Assembly: GCA_012797505.1 (NCBI GenBank)
Contig: JAAZOZ010000159.1
Location: forward strand, 1-56,109
Length of the DNA stretch: 56,109 bases
Origin: Smithella sp.
GTDB lineage: Bacteria; Desulfobacterota; Syntrophia; Syntrophales; Smithellaceae
Direction of reading: 5' to 3'
Below the pieces are notes generated by a model. That model saw only the letters and a list, made by a program, of their open reading frames with translations, was not told the DNA's origin and did not search any database. Numbering within the stretch: position 1 is the first letter of the stretch; each line of letters opens with the position of its first letter. The position numbers and the translations under genes are program-made. Shown here one piece after another: positions 1 to 9,406 of the stretch.

Positions 1-633
1 CATTTCGTCCAGTTCGAACCGCAGATCGCGCAGTTCTTCGGGCCGCCAGGAAAATCCATCCACGACTTCGTCGTTGGAGAGCAGTTGCAGGTGAACTTTC
101 AGGCCGACGTCGCGAATGCGCCGGATGACCGGCTCGGTTTTTCCCACCTGTCTGGGCGTCAGGGTGTAAAGATAGTAGGCGCAAGGGTCGCCTTCATAGT
201 TTTTGCTGGAGACGGCAAAGGTATCCCTGCCGCGCAGGATCTTTTCCTCTTCGCCGCTGCCCCACAGGGAAATACCCACCATCATGCCGGGAAAACGGTC
301 GCGGGGAACCTTGATGAGGCCGTTGGTCGCGCAATACGTCGGAACACGCCGGTAAAAGGCCTCCAGGCGGTCCATGCAAAGCGTCGGCTCTCCGCCGATG
401 AGAATCGCCAGATTCACGCCGCGGGCTTTTTCCCGGTCAATGAAGGCCTCCCACCTGCAGAGTTCCATTTCTTCCTGAACGCGGTTCTCTCCCGAGGAAA
501 AGAAAAAACACCCCTTGCAGCGCAGATTGCACCGGCAGGTGAGATCGTAAATCGAGCTGCGAATGTTGAGGCTGGAGATCCGCCGGTAGCGTTCGCGCCA
601 GACGGAATCCAAAAGTGCGCTGACCGTTTTCAT
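1..633 (-). CDS. radical SAM protein, N-terminal part only (ORF open at left window edge; absent from supplied ORF track)
   Basis: Own translation from ATG 633-631: MKTVSALLDSVWRERYRRISSLNIRSSIYDLTCRCNLRCKGCFFF... No stop codon down to base 1. CNLRCKGC fits CxxxCxxC. Shares GGEPT/ATNGL-type motifs with the adjacent 680-1759 protein. Confidence 0.75.
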   Translation of the reverse strand, partial: MKTVSALLDSVWRERYRRISSLNIRSSIYDLTCRCNLRCKGCFFFSSGENRVQEEMELCRWEAFIDREKARGVNLAILIGGEPTLCMDRLEAFYRRVPTYCATNGLIKVPRDRFPGMMVGISLWGSGEEEKILRGRDTFAVSSKNYEGDPCAYYLYTLTPRQVGKTEPVIRRIRDVGLKVHLQLLSNDEVVDGFSWRPEELRDLRFELDEM

Positions 634-679
634 TCGTCAGGGTCTTTTCCCTTCCCATTCCCGAGGCACGCCGCAAAGG

Positions 680-1759
680 CTAACCGGCGGCCGCTCGCGG
701 AGGATGGATGATCTTGTTGCAGAGGTTCTCGCCTTTTTCGTACCCCATGGCCCAGACCGCCAGGTACGTATCCACGTAGTCCAGCCAGGAGGCAAAGGTA
801 TCCGGGTCGCCCGCGTGGCGGTAGAGCCTTGCCGTCACGACGGCGGAGCCGGCGGCGTAATGGCGGCAGTCTGCGCAGTCCGTATCCGGCACGCAGCAGG
901 CCGCCGACCGGTCCCAGTTCAAATCCGTCCGGTACTGGCGAAAAGAGCGCCCCAATCCAATGTCCTGCGAGGGATTGCAGCGGGGATACGAACAGCGGTA
1001 AAGATCATTGAGCCCGCGATCGCTCGTATGCGCAACGGCGTTATAGGCGGAAAAGAGCACCTGCGCCGGATATCGTGACAAAAGCGCCATCATCGTTTCC
1101 CTGGTTTTCAAAAGCGATTCCGCATTGTGGCGCAGGGGACCGGCATATCCGACCGGAGAGGAAAAAACATTAAATGTCATCTTGCAGCCGGCGGCGACCA
1201 GCTCCGCGGCAACATCCCGGGCTTCGCCGATGTTGTCGCGCGTAAACGTATACACAAAAACCGCGCGTGGATCGTTTCGGTAATTTTCAATCTGCTTTTT
1301 CAGGAGATTTTTGGCGCTGCGCGTTTTGAAGCTCGTCGCGTCGTTGCCCCAGACGGAAATATGAATCTTGTAGCCGACCGTTGCCGGTATTTTTTTTAAA
1401 CCATTGGTGGCAATGCAACCCAGCGGCATTTCGGCATAGCACACGGCAAGCAGATCCGGCGCCAGCGAGGGCTCCGCACCCGCCAGCACTACATAGGTGA
1501 TACCGCGGGCCTTTTCCGCCCGCATCAGGCTTCGCCAGTCTTCGGGGGAACAATTCTCCGCGGCAAAGGGCTTGTCCCCTTCGTAATAATAGCAGCCGTC
1601 GCAGCGGATGTTGCAGCGGTTGGTCATGTCGTAGGTGGATTCCCGCAGAAAGAAATACCTGCGCACCTTTTCCCAGCGCGCCCGGACCTCCGGGCGGGCC
1701 AGCAGGTCTTTAAATTTCGTCTGGTCTGATCGAACGGTTTTCGGACGGTTCATGGTCAT
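680..1759 (-). CDS. radical SAM protein with Cys-rich C-terminal (SPASM/twitch-like?) region
   Basis: 359 aa. DMTNRCNIRCDGCYYY (CxxxCxxC). C-terminal CCVPDTDCADCRHY. Paralog of the partial ORF at 1-633. Confidence 0.85.
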   Translation of the reverse strand: MTMNRPKTVRSDQTKFKDLLARPEVRARWEKVRRYFFLRESTYDMTNRCNIRCDGCYYYEGDKPFAAENCSPEDWRSLMRAEKARGITYVVLAGAEPSLAPDLLAVCYAEMPLGCIATNGLKKIPATVGYKIHISVWGNDATSFKTRSAKNLLKKQIENYRNDPRAVFVYTFTRDNIGEARDVAAELVAAGCKMTFNVFSSPVGYAGPLRHNAESLLKTRETMMALLSRYPAQVLFSAYNAVAHTSDRGLNDLYRCSYPRCNPSQDIGLGRSFRQYRTDLNWDRSAACCVPDTDCADCRHYAAGSAVVTARLYRHAGDPDTFASWLDYVDTYLAVWAMGYEKGENLCNKIIHPPRAAAG

Positions 1760-1780
1760 GGAGATCTTTGTCTTTTGCCT

Positions 1781-2071
1781 TCAATGCCGGGGAGCGATCT
1801 TTTCTTCAATATATTCACAAATCAACCGGACGGTTTTCAATTTTGGATAATCGTCTTCGTCGATGACAATTTTGTATTCATCCTGCAACACCAGCGCGAT
1901 CGTTGCCAGATCCATGCTGTCGATGCCCAGTTCATCCACCAGGTCCATCTCCGGATTGAAGGTGTCCGGCGTCACGTCTTCCAGTTTAAGCTCGTCGATA
2001 ATGATTTCGGCCACACGCCGCACAATGGCCTTCAGTGCGCTGTTTTCAGGCATTCCAGCCTCCTTTTTCAT
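1781..2071 (-). CDS. acyl carrier protein
   Basis: 96 aa, acidic. DELGIDSMDLATIAL phosphopantetheine-Ser motif. Start overlaps the upstream hotdog gene stop (ATGA at 2068-2071). Confidence 0.8.
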   Translation of the reverse strand: MKKEAGMPENSALKAIVRRVAEIIIDELKLEDVTPDTFNPEMDLVDELGIDSMDLATIALVLQDEYKIVIDEDDYPKLKTVRLICEYIEEKIAPRH

Positions 2072-2442
2072 TCCTGTGCTTTTGCCACCGTCATCAGTCC
2101 GCTGCAGACCATGTTTCCCCGAACCGTCACTTTAAAGTGAAACAGGATTTCGCCGTTCTGCACCTCCCGGGCAAGGATCAGAGCCATTTTTTCTCCCGGA
2201 CGGACCGGCCCGGTAAACCTTACTCTTTTCAAAGAAGAGATTTTGAGGGACTCTCCCCGGTGGGATGCATCCTTCAAAACCGCTTCATAGACGGTGCTGA
2301 TGAGAGCAATTCCCGGCAGGATCGGTTCCCCCGGAAAATGACCTTTAAACCAAACGGAATTTTCCGGCACGTCGGCCTTGGCTTCGATGCCGTCCAGCGC
2401 AGTCCACTGGACATCTTTGAGCAATTTCCATCGATCGGTCAA
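2068..2442 (-). CDS. hotdog-fold (FabZ/FabA-like) acyl-ACP dehydratase
   Basis: 124 aa. FKGHFPGEPILPGIALIS matches the FabZ-type HFPxxPxxPG motif. Confidence 0.7.
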   Translation of the reverse strand: MTDRWKLLKDVQWTALDGIEAKADVPENSVWFKGHFPGEPILPGIALISTVYEAVLKDASHRGESLKISSLKRVRFTGPVRPGEKMALILAREVQNGEILFHFKVTVRGNMVCSGLMTVAKAQE

Positions 2443-2572
2443 AATCCTTTCCTTTCCCCGTTGATTCGTTTACGCCCGAATAAAGGATGAGTTCTATATC
2501 ACTTATTATTTATTCAATCAAAAATTTTTTCAGCAGGCGAATACAAAAAGAATTTCAATCAAAGACAAGCCG

Positions 2573-3379
2573 TTACAACGATTTCAGCCTCATGATGTCC
2601 CGGCCCGCCAGCTCGGCGAGCGGCACAATCTTCAGCCCTCTGGCCCTGATGCCCGCCAGAATTTTTTCCATTTCGTTCCATAAAACGTCAGGATCATCAG
2701 AGCCCTGCCGCGGCCGGTCATGCAAAAGGACGATGTCGTCTCCTTTTATTTTTTGAAGAATCCTGCCCGAAAGATTCCGAATGCGCCGGTTCCCCGCGTC
2801 CCGCGCCCGGCAACTGAAGGTGACGCAAAACAATCCCTCCGCCTTCAGAATGGGAAAAAGCTTCGGATTGACAATGCCGACCGGCGGGCGGAAGGCCAGG
2901 GCATCGATTCCCATTTTTCGCAAAACCTCCCCGGCTTCCACAACTTCGCGCTGCAGCGTGCGGCTCCCCTTCAGCATCAGGAAAGGATCATGACTCATGG
3001 AATGATTGCCGATCGTGTGACCGCGCCGGATCAACTCGCGAATCAGATTTGGACAGCGCGCGGCGTTGACACCGGACACGAAGAAAGTGGCTTTCGCGTC
3101 GTGACGGTCCAGCAGGGCAAGAATCTTTTCCGTTGTGGCTTCGAAAGGGCCGTCATCAAAAGTGAGGGCGACAACATTTTTTCCCGTTCGTCCCCGGTGG
3201 ATGACCGGCCCCAGAAAATTGGTTTGAGGGAAAAAGCAGGATGCCACGCACACACCCACATACAAAGACAACACCGCGGCCGAAAGCAGTGGATGAACAA
3301 AAAAAACCGCAGCCGCGGAGATCAAAACCGTTCCCCCTGTAATCAGGACGGGGCTTAGCCGTTTTTTCCCGTCTTCCAT
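2573..3379 (-). CDS. membrane-anchored polysaccharide deacetylase (NodB homology domain)
   Basis: 268 aa. N-terminal hydrophobic helices, LTFDDGP and IGNHSMSH motifs. Confidence 0.8.
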   Translation of the reverse strand: MEDGKKRLSPVLITGGTVLISAAAVFFVHPLLSAAVLSLYVGVCVASCFFPQTNFLGPVIHRGRTGKNVVALTFDDGPFEATTEKILALLDRHDAKATFFVSGVNAARCPNLIRELIRRGHTIGNHSMSHDPFLMLKGSRTLQREVVEAGEVLRKMGIDALAFRPPVGIVNPKLFPILKAEGLFCVTFSCRARDAGNRRIRNLSGRILQKIKGDDIVLLHDRPRQGSDDPDVLWNEMEKILAGIRARGLKIVPLAELAGRDIMRLKSL

Positions 3380-3532
3380 GAAAAGTCTCTCCGGGTAAGC
3401 CGTTTAGAAACAGCGTGACAACGGCTTGAGTCACCTGACCACTCAACCACCTAACCGCCTAAAGGTGGCGCGAGGTCACGCGATGTGGTACGAGGTCAAC
3501 CAGCCCTTCCCCGCGAAAAAGCCGGACCGATG

Positions 3533-4885
3533 CTATGCGATGAGATATTCCCACAACGGACCCGTATGCCCGCGCTCGTAGAGTCTGGGCAGGATGCGCG
3601 TCGCCTTGCCCTCCCCAGCCCCGATCAGCCAGTTGATCCTTCCGGCGGCATGCGTTTCAACGATCCGGATGATTTCAGGGCCGGACAGAAAAGGCGAGCG
3701 GTAAAAAATCGGATCCATCAGATTCTGCGAGGCCTGAATCTGTCCTTCGCGCAAAGCCGTCTCGTACAGCGCCGTGTGTGGGTAAATGCGAATACCGCAG
3801 AAAAAGAAAAAAACCGCCCGGTTCAGCCGATCGACACCCTCCAGGGTCTCCCGCAGGGTCTCCCGGTTTTCGTCGGGGCCACCCAGCAAAAAATAGTGGG
3901 CGATGTGGAGGCCGGCCTTTTCAGCCTGCCGGTGGGCCTCAAAGACATCGGCGGCGGCAAAAGGCTTCCTGAAATTCGACAGCATCGTGTCGCAAAGCGA
4001 CTCCGTGCCGAATTCCACGTGCGAAAGACCGGCATCCGCCAGTTGTTGAAAATAACCTTCCGGGGGAACGGTGGGAGCAAAAAATCCTCCCCAGGGAACG
4101 GTGACGCCCCGGTCCTTGAAAGCCCGGGCAACCTGAAGGCTGTGTTCGTAACTGGCGTTGAATGCGGAATCGGTCACAAAAATATATTTGGCGCCGGCGT
4201 CCTGCAGCCGACGGGCCTGATGGGCGACCTCCCGCGGGTCCAGCAGCCGCATTTTGCCGCCTTCAATGTGGGGATAGGTGCAGTAACTGCATCGAAACGG
4301 GCATCCCCGTTTGGTCTGCAAATTCAGCATGCCGCCATACGAGATATAAAATTTTGTGTATTCGGCATCGGGATCAAAGACCCGGTGCAGCTCTCCCTTC
4401 CAGGGGAGATAGCGAACGGACGAAGTTTCAGAGGTAATCACCCCCGGAATAGAGGCCGCGTTCCCCTTCTGTTCCAGCGTATCGAGGAGCAACGAAAGCC
4501 TCTCCCCTTCTCCGGCAACGCCGAAATCCGCGCCGAGCGCCCGGAAAAATTCGAGGGGAAACACCGTGTAGCCGCTCCCGCCCAGAATGAGCGGCGCCTT
4601 CGATTGCATCCGGATAATGCCGATCATGTCCTGATAGTCGGAAAGGAAACCGCGGGGGCTCATCAGGTCCGTGTTGTCGATATTGCGTATTGAAAATCCG
4701 ATGTAGTCCGGTTCGTACTCCCGGACCTGCACCCCCAGCATATCCAGAGACGGACAAAAATTCATATCCAGAATTTTCGTTTGATAACGGGGCTTCAGGG
4801 CGCCCGCTACATAGTCAAGCCCCAGCGGATACACCGGATAGGGCTTCTTCATCCTGTTGGCGGAAATCAGCAATACTTTCTTCAT
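3533..4885 (-). CDS. B12-binding-domain (class B) radical SAM protein
   Basis: 450 aa. N-terminal KVLLISANR...PLGLDYVAGAL (B12-binding-like). KRGCPFRCSYCTYP radical-SAM cluster motif. Confidence 0.85.
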   Translation of the reverse strand: MKKVLLISANRMKKPYPVYPLGLDYVAGALKPRYQTKILDMNFCPSLDMLGVQVREYEPDYIGFSIRNIDNTDLMSPRGFLSDYQDMIGIIRMQSKAPLILGGSGYTVFPLEFFRALGADFGVAGEGERLSLLLDTLEQKGNAASIPGVITSETSSVRYLPWKGELHRVFDPDAEYTKFYISYGGMLNLQTKRGCPFRCSYCTYPHIEGGKMRLLDPREVAHQARRLQDAGAKYIFVTDSAFNASYEHSLQVARAFKDRGVTVPWGGFFAPTVPPEGYFQQLADAGLSHVEFGTESLCDTMLSNFRKPFAAADVFEAHRQAEKAGLHIAHYFLLGGPDENRETLRETLEGVDRLNRAVFFFFCGIRIYPHTALYETALREGQIQASQNLMDPIFYRSPFLSGPEIIRIVETHAAGRINWLIGAGEGKATRILPRLYERGHTGPLWEYLIA

Positions 4886-4943
4886 GAAACCATTCTGCTT
4901 TGGATCGTTGGAAGATCAGGGCCGTTTCCAGCCCCGGCAGGAA

Positions 4944-5216
4944 TCAGGCTCTGGAGGCTCTGACCTGGAGAATGAAGGTCGCCAGTGTGCGGACCGAAGC
5001 AAATACCTTGGCGCCCAGTTCCTTGCTGTCAATTTTAACGCCGTAATCCTTTTCAATCATCATCACCAGCTCCAGCACATCGATGGAATCAATGCCCGTC
5101 TCGCCGCCGACCAACGGATCATCATCCTTTATGTCCTCGGGGGTTACGTCCAGCAACCCCAGCGTTGCAATGATTTTGCCCTTCAGGTCTTTGATGGTTT
5201 CTTCTACCGTGCTCAT
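4944..5216 (-). CDS. acyl carrier protein (second copy)
   Basis: 90 aa. GETGIDSIDVLELVMMIE Ser motif. Confidence 0.8.
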   Translation of the reverse strand: MSTVEETIKDLKGKIIATLGLLDVTPEDIKDDDPLVGGETGIDSIDVLELVMMIEKDYGVKIDSKELGAKVFASVRTLATFILQVRASRA

Positions 5217-5357
5217 GCGTCACCTCAATCGATTAATGAAAACTTCTCCCGGCATCCCGCCGGGCATCCTAAATCCGCCTCGAAGGGATCGGATGAAGTC
5301 CCCCCCCGCTGAAGCCGAAAGCAGCGGCCCTTGCGCCCGCTGCCGGAGCTTTGTGCC

Positions 5358-5780
5358 TCAAGCGCTTCCACCTCCCGGGCAGTTGTCCGAATCCGTCCCT
5401 GCAAAAGACGGGTGATCCTTCCCCAGAATCTTTTCCAGCACAACCCTGGTCAACCAGCGGGAAAACACCTGGAAATATTTTTTTCCCGCCATCTTGATTC
5501 CGATAATGAACACAATGGTGGAAACGGCATATATCAGCGGTCCTCCGACGACCAGTACCAGCGGCTCCTTGATCCAGACCGCGATGACGCCCATGGCCAC
5601 AACCGCCGGCAAACCGATGGCATAACTGAACGCGATCAGGCCGAGGCCAACGAGAATTTTAGGCGTCGGTTTTTCCTTGATGGCCGACAAATCGGCTCTT
5701 TCCAAAATCGCCGATCTGCAATATTCTTTGCGGGCAAAATAAAGGGCCGTTTTTTTGAGAATGCTCAAAACCAGTCTCAA
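5358..5780 (-). CDS. small integral membrane protein, unknown function
   Basis: 140 aa with two or three long hydrophobic segments (ILVGLGLIAFSYAIGLPAVVAMGVIAVWI; LVLVVGGPLIYAVSTIVFIIGI). No family recognised. Confidence 0.5.
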   Translation of the reverse strand: MRLVLSILKKTALYFARKEYCRSAILERADLSAIKEKPTPKILVGLGLIAFSYAIGLPAVVAMGVIAVWIKEPLVLVVGGPLIYAVSTIVFIIGIKMAGKKYFQVFSRWLTRVVLEKILGKDHPSFAGTDSDNCPGGGSA

Positions 5781-5862
5781 CCACGCAGCTTAATTAAAAA
5801 CGTGGGGATCATATCTGGAATCGGGAAAGTTTTGCAATAGTTTTTTGGCCTTCAGAAATTTC

Positions 5863-5892
5863 TTGGCATAAAAGGGCAAATTCGGCTATAAG
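5863..5892 (+). promoter_or_regulatory. possible sigma70 promoter for the flavin-reductase/rubredoxin gene
   Basis: TTGGCA (5863-5868), 18-nt spacer, TATAAG (5887-5892), about 40 nt upstream of ATG 5932. Confidence 0.3.
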
Positions 5893-5931
5893 AACGTATT
5901 ATTAACTCATCCGGAAAAGAGGAAAGAAAAT

Positions 5932-6627
5932 ATGAACAGAGCAGCCCTTCACCAGATCAGTTACGGCGTCTATATTGTCACCTCAGGCAAAGACGGCACC
6001 TTCAACGGTCAGATCGCCAACTCCATTGTCCAAGTTACCTCCAAACCCGCCACCCTGGCCATCTGCATCAATAAAGAAAACTACACACACGCCTTGATAC
6101 GGAAAAGCGGAAAATTTGTCGTTTCCATCCTGTCGGAGGCCGCTCCGATGACCTTCATCGGACTTTTCGGCTTTAAAAGCGGACGCGACGTCGATAAGTT
6201 AAAAGACGTCAAAAGCAGGATCGGCGCCACCGGCGTGCCGATCGTTCTGGATTATTCCCTGGGATTTGCCGAGGCCGAAGTGGAAGGCGAACTGGACGGC
6301 GGAACGCACACGATTTTCCTGGGCAAAGTTGTCGAGGCGGATCTGGTGGGGGAAGGCACACCAATGACATACGCCTATTATCAGAACGTCAAGGGCGGCA
6401 AATCCCCCAAATCCGCTCCGACATTTGATGCGGACGCGGCCGTTGCCAAACCCAAAATTCAGGCCGCCGCCCGCTATGTGTGCAGCATCTGCGGTTATGT
6501 CTATGACCCCGCCGAGGGCGATCCAGAAAACGGCATCGCTCGGGGCACCCGATTCGAAGACATTCCCGACGCCTGGACCTGCCCGGTTTGCGGCGCGGAG
6601 AAAAAAATGTTTGAAGTGGATAAGTAA
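5932..6627 (+). CDS. hrb: flavin reductase domain fused to C-terminal rubredoxin (high-molecular-weight rubredoxin type)
   Basis: 231 aa. N-terminal flavin-reductase-like domain. C-terminal [10 protein letters not shown]...WTCPVCG rubredoxin motif. Confidence 0.8.
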   Translation: MNRAALHQISYGVYIVTSGKDGTFNGQIANSIVQVTSKPATLAICINKENYTHALIRKSGKFVVSILSEAAPMTFIGLFGFKSGRDVDKLKDVKSRIGATGVPIVLDYSLGFAEAEVEGELDGGTHTIFLGKVVEADLVGEGTPMTYAYYQNVKGGKSPKSAPTFDADAAVAKPKIQAAARYVCSICGYVYDPAEGDPENGIARGTRFEDIPDAWTCPVCGAEKKMFEVDK

Positions 6628-6651
6628 GTTTTCAGGAAGGAGAAAACAGCC

Positions 6652-8775
6652 TTGACAGACACGGTAAAGCAATCCAGCCTGGATGTTCTTGTCGCCATGA
6701 ATACGGTGGTCAAGAACATTCGCTTCTATCCGTTGAGCAGCGCCCTCGTCATGAACGGAGTGGAAAACCTTTACCAGGTTTTTCTGAACTATTTCAAGGC
6801 TTATCCGTCGTTTATTCTGTCGGAATCCGAAAGAACCCTGTTGATCGGCGATGAGCCCCTGACGCAAAAAGATCACGAAAAACCCTACGTTGTCTCCACC
6901 CTGGAGATTCTCCTGAAGTTCAACATCAAAAGCATTGCGCTGCACAGAGGGCTGGAAAAGAGGGAATTAGTCACTCTGCTGGCTCACCTCGCGAAAGATC
7001 CGGAAAAACTCCTGGACGAGGGCGGCCTGCAGGAAATCATCGAAAAAAATCATTTGTCCCATATCCGCCTGGATGAAAAAATATTCGTCGCCAAAGGAAA
7101 AAATCAAAAAATCGTCTCCAGCCTGGAGCTCACCGACGACCAGATTCTTCAGTATTTGAGCGAATCGCACCCCGAATTGCAGGATGACCTGCAAAAGATT
7201 CTGGAAATGACGGACGGTCCGGAGTGGCTCTTGAAGTTCTTTGAGGAAAACCTTTCCAAACTGGCCGCGCAAGAAAACGCCCTGCCCGACGTTCAACTCG
7301 CGGAAAAGCTGACCGGCATCGTGGAACAGATCGATCAGGTTTCGGACCGGCTGGACCCGAATACGCAGCAAAAGATCCGTGACGGAATCGACCGGTTCGT
7401 CGGCAGCATCAGACCAGGCACGGCCAGAGAAATTCTCTTACAAAACCAAAACAGCTCCACAAGCGGCACGCTGATGCGGCGCCTGGTCGGCAAACTCCGG
7501 CAGGACGCCTTGGGAACGGCATCCGAAGGCCCGGAGGGCGCGGCTGATTTCAATCAGGAAGAACCCCAGGAAGCGGACAGCCTGCCGCAGATTCAGGAAA
7601 ACATCGAACGGCTGCTCGGCGACAGCGCAAAAGGCGTCCTGGATGAAGCGGTCATGTCGTCCCTGGTCCGCTCAGTGGAAGCCCTGGCCGCGCAAAAAGA
7701 ACGGGCACCCCTCGAAACCATCATGAACCGCTTCCTGGCAAACATGTTTGCCGAAGACGCCAAAGTGAGGGACCAGGCGGCGCGCGCGCTGATCGAAATT
7801 GTTGAAAATCTGCCGGATAAAGAAAAGCAAACCGTCCTTCGGGGAATCGCCGGCAAACTGCTGGACTGGGTCAAGCTGGAAACGCTGGCAACCCAGTCCT
7901 ATCGGAAGATCTGCGACTTTCTCAGGGACCATGTGAATCATCTGATCTGGCAGGATGACTTTCACGCGGCCATTCCAATGCTGGACTTTTTCAACGACGT
8001 CCGGACGGGCGTGATCGAAAAAAACGACACGATCCACGAGATCTCCGTTGACTTTATCGACGCCTGCGCCTCTGATGAGCGAATTGCCATCTTGTTCAAT
8101 ATTTTCAAGGAGGGCGAACCGGATCAAAAGCGCGATGCGGGAGAGATGCTGATCCGGCTTGGCGACGCCGCCATGAATCAGCTTCTGGACCTTCTCAAGG
8201 AGCAACGGGACAGCAATGAACGCGTTCGCATCATGCGGCTGATCATCAGCGCCGGCCGAAGGGCCATACCGCCCGTCCGCGACCGGATCGGCAAGGATCA
8301 GCCCTGGTTTTACCTGCGGAACATCGCCTATATCCTGAGCCACGTCGGAGATGAATCCAGCGCCGAAGCCCTGCAGCCGCTGCTGCTCCACGAAAACATC
8401 AAGGTGAGGCTGGAGGCCCTGAAAGGCATCAATCGCACCGGAAAAAGCCAGCGCTGCGCGCTGCTCCTTTCCGTCCTGCCGCAGGCGGATCATAAATTCA
8501 TGATCAATATCGTTGACGTGCTCGGCAGCGCGAAATGCGCCGAGGCGGAGCCTGCGCTGCTCATCCTGCTGGAAAACAATCCGATCAAAGACAAAGACCT
8601 GCGGGCAAATCTGCAGGAAAGGATCTGCGCCGCTCTCGGCAGCATCGGACTGCCCAACTCCATCCCCACCCTGTCCAAAATCGTCGAAACCAAATCCTTT
8701 TTGGGAATCAGCCGGTACCCGGAAAATGTGAAGGCCGCCGCCGCCAGAGCGCTGGCGTCCATTAAAAAAAGGTAG
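6652..8775 (+). CDS. HEAT-repeat protein, unknown function
   Basis: 707 aa, helical. C-terminal repeats of the ...VR..A...L... type (NERVRIMRLI, NIKVRLEALKGI, ENVKAAAARALASI). TTG start 8 nt after GGAGG; alternative ATG at 6697. Confidence 0.65.
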   Translation: MTDTVKQSSLDVLVAMNTVVKNIRFYPLSSALVMNGVENLYQVFLNYFKAYPSFILSESERTLLIGDEPLTQKDHEKPYVVSTLEILLKFNIKSIALHRGLEKRELVTLLAHLAKDPEKLLDEGGLQEIIEKNHLSHIRLDEKIFVAKGKNQKIVSSLELTDDQILQYLSESHPELQDDLQKILEMTDGPEWLLKFFEENLSKLAAQENALPDVQLAEKLTGIVEQIDQVSDRLDPNTQQKIRDGIDRFVGSIRPGTAREILLQNQNSSTSGTLMRRLVGKLRQDALGTASEGPEGAADFNQEEPQEADSLPQIQENIERLLGDSAKGVLDEAVMSSLVRSVEALAAQKERAPLETIMNRFLANMFAEDAKVRDQAARALIEIVENLPDKEKQTVLRGIAGKLLDWVKLETLATQSYRKICDFLRDHVNHLIWQDDFHAAIPMLDFFNDVRTGVIEKNDTIHEISVDFIDACASDERIAILFNIFKEGEPDQKRDAGEMLIRLGDAAMNQLLDLLKEQRDSNERVRIMRLIISAGRRAIPPVRDRIGKDQPWFYLRNIAYILSHVGDESSAEALQPLLLHENIKVRLEALKGINRTGKSQRCALLLSVLPQADHKFMINIVDVLGSAKCAEAEPALLILLENNPIKDKDLRANLQERICAALGSIGLPNSIPTLSKIVETKSFLGISRYPENVKAAAARALASIKKR

Positions 8776-8787
8776 CGCCTCCCCGGT

Positions 8788-9392
8788 TCAAACGCACTCC
8801 TCCAAAGGAAAGGTGAACGCCCTCAGCCCCGCGCGTGGGTTTTCCGCCTTGAATGTCCGAACCAGACGGTACTGCGTCAGCCGCTCCACATTGGCCGCCG
8901 CGATTTCGAGCGCTTTTTTCGCTTTGAGCGTGTCATAATAGCCGTCGCTACGGAAAGGATAAAATCCGATTTGGTGTTCTCCAGGTCAAAATCGCTTTTG
9001 ACAACGAGCTGGCCGGAAATCTTCAAAGCGTCCAGTTTGCGGATGCTCAGGGAAAAACTCTCGTCGGCGCGAACGACCCAGTTGTCCGCCTCGTTCGGCT
9101 GACTCAGCGCGCCGGAAACCGTAAACTTCGCTTCGGAATAACGATTGTAGGCGCCGAAAGCCGTCACCCGGGGCATCAGAACCGACCAGGCTTTCATCCT
9201 GCCCATCTTCGCGATGTAGAGATTTTCCTCGGCATGTTTTATTTTTTCGGAATTTTTCACGGCCTCGATATACAGGTCCCGCAGGGTGTATTCCTGCGCG
9301 ATACCCGCCGGAGCATACAACAGTATCGCGGCCAGCAGAACGATCGGGAATGTCCGTAATTGCTTCACTCGGGGATATTCTTTTCCGGCCAA
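8788..9392 (-). pseudogene. N-terminal fragment of a TolC-family outer membrane protein, frameshifted and truncated
   Basis: ORF 8877-9392 has a signal peptide and an OEP-like N-terminus, then runs into RSKRKKRSKSRR. Shifting one frame at ...SVATA gives YYDTLKAKKALEIAAANVERL (typical OEP motif), ending at 8788. Total length is far shorter than a TolC. Confidence 0.55.
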
Positions 9393-9406
9393 AAAACGTT
9401 TGCCTG

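Noticed and set aside
85-711. 208-aa plus-strand ORF at the left edge
   Set aside because: It lies opposite a stop-free minus-strand frame that encodes a clear radical-SAM N-terminus (CNLRCKGC). The plus-strand product has no recognisable features.
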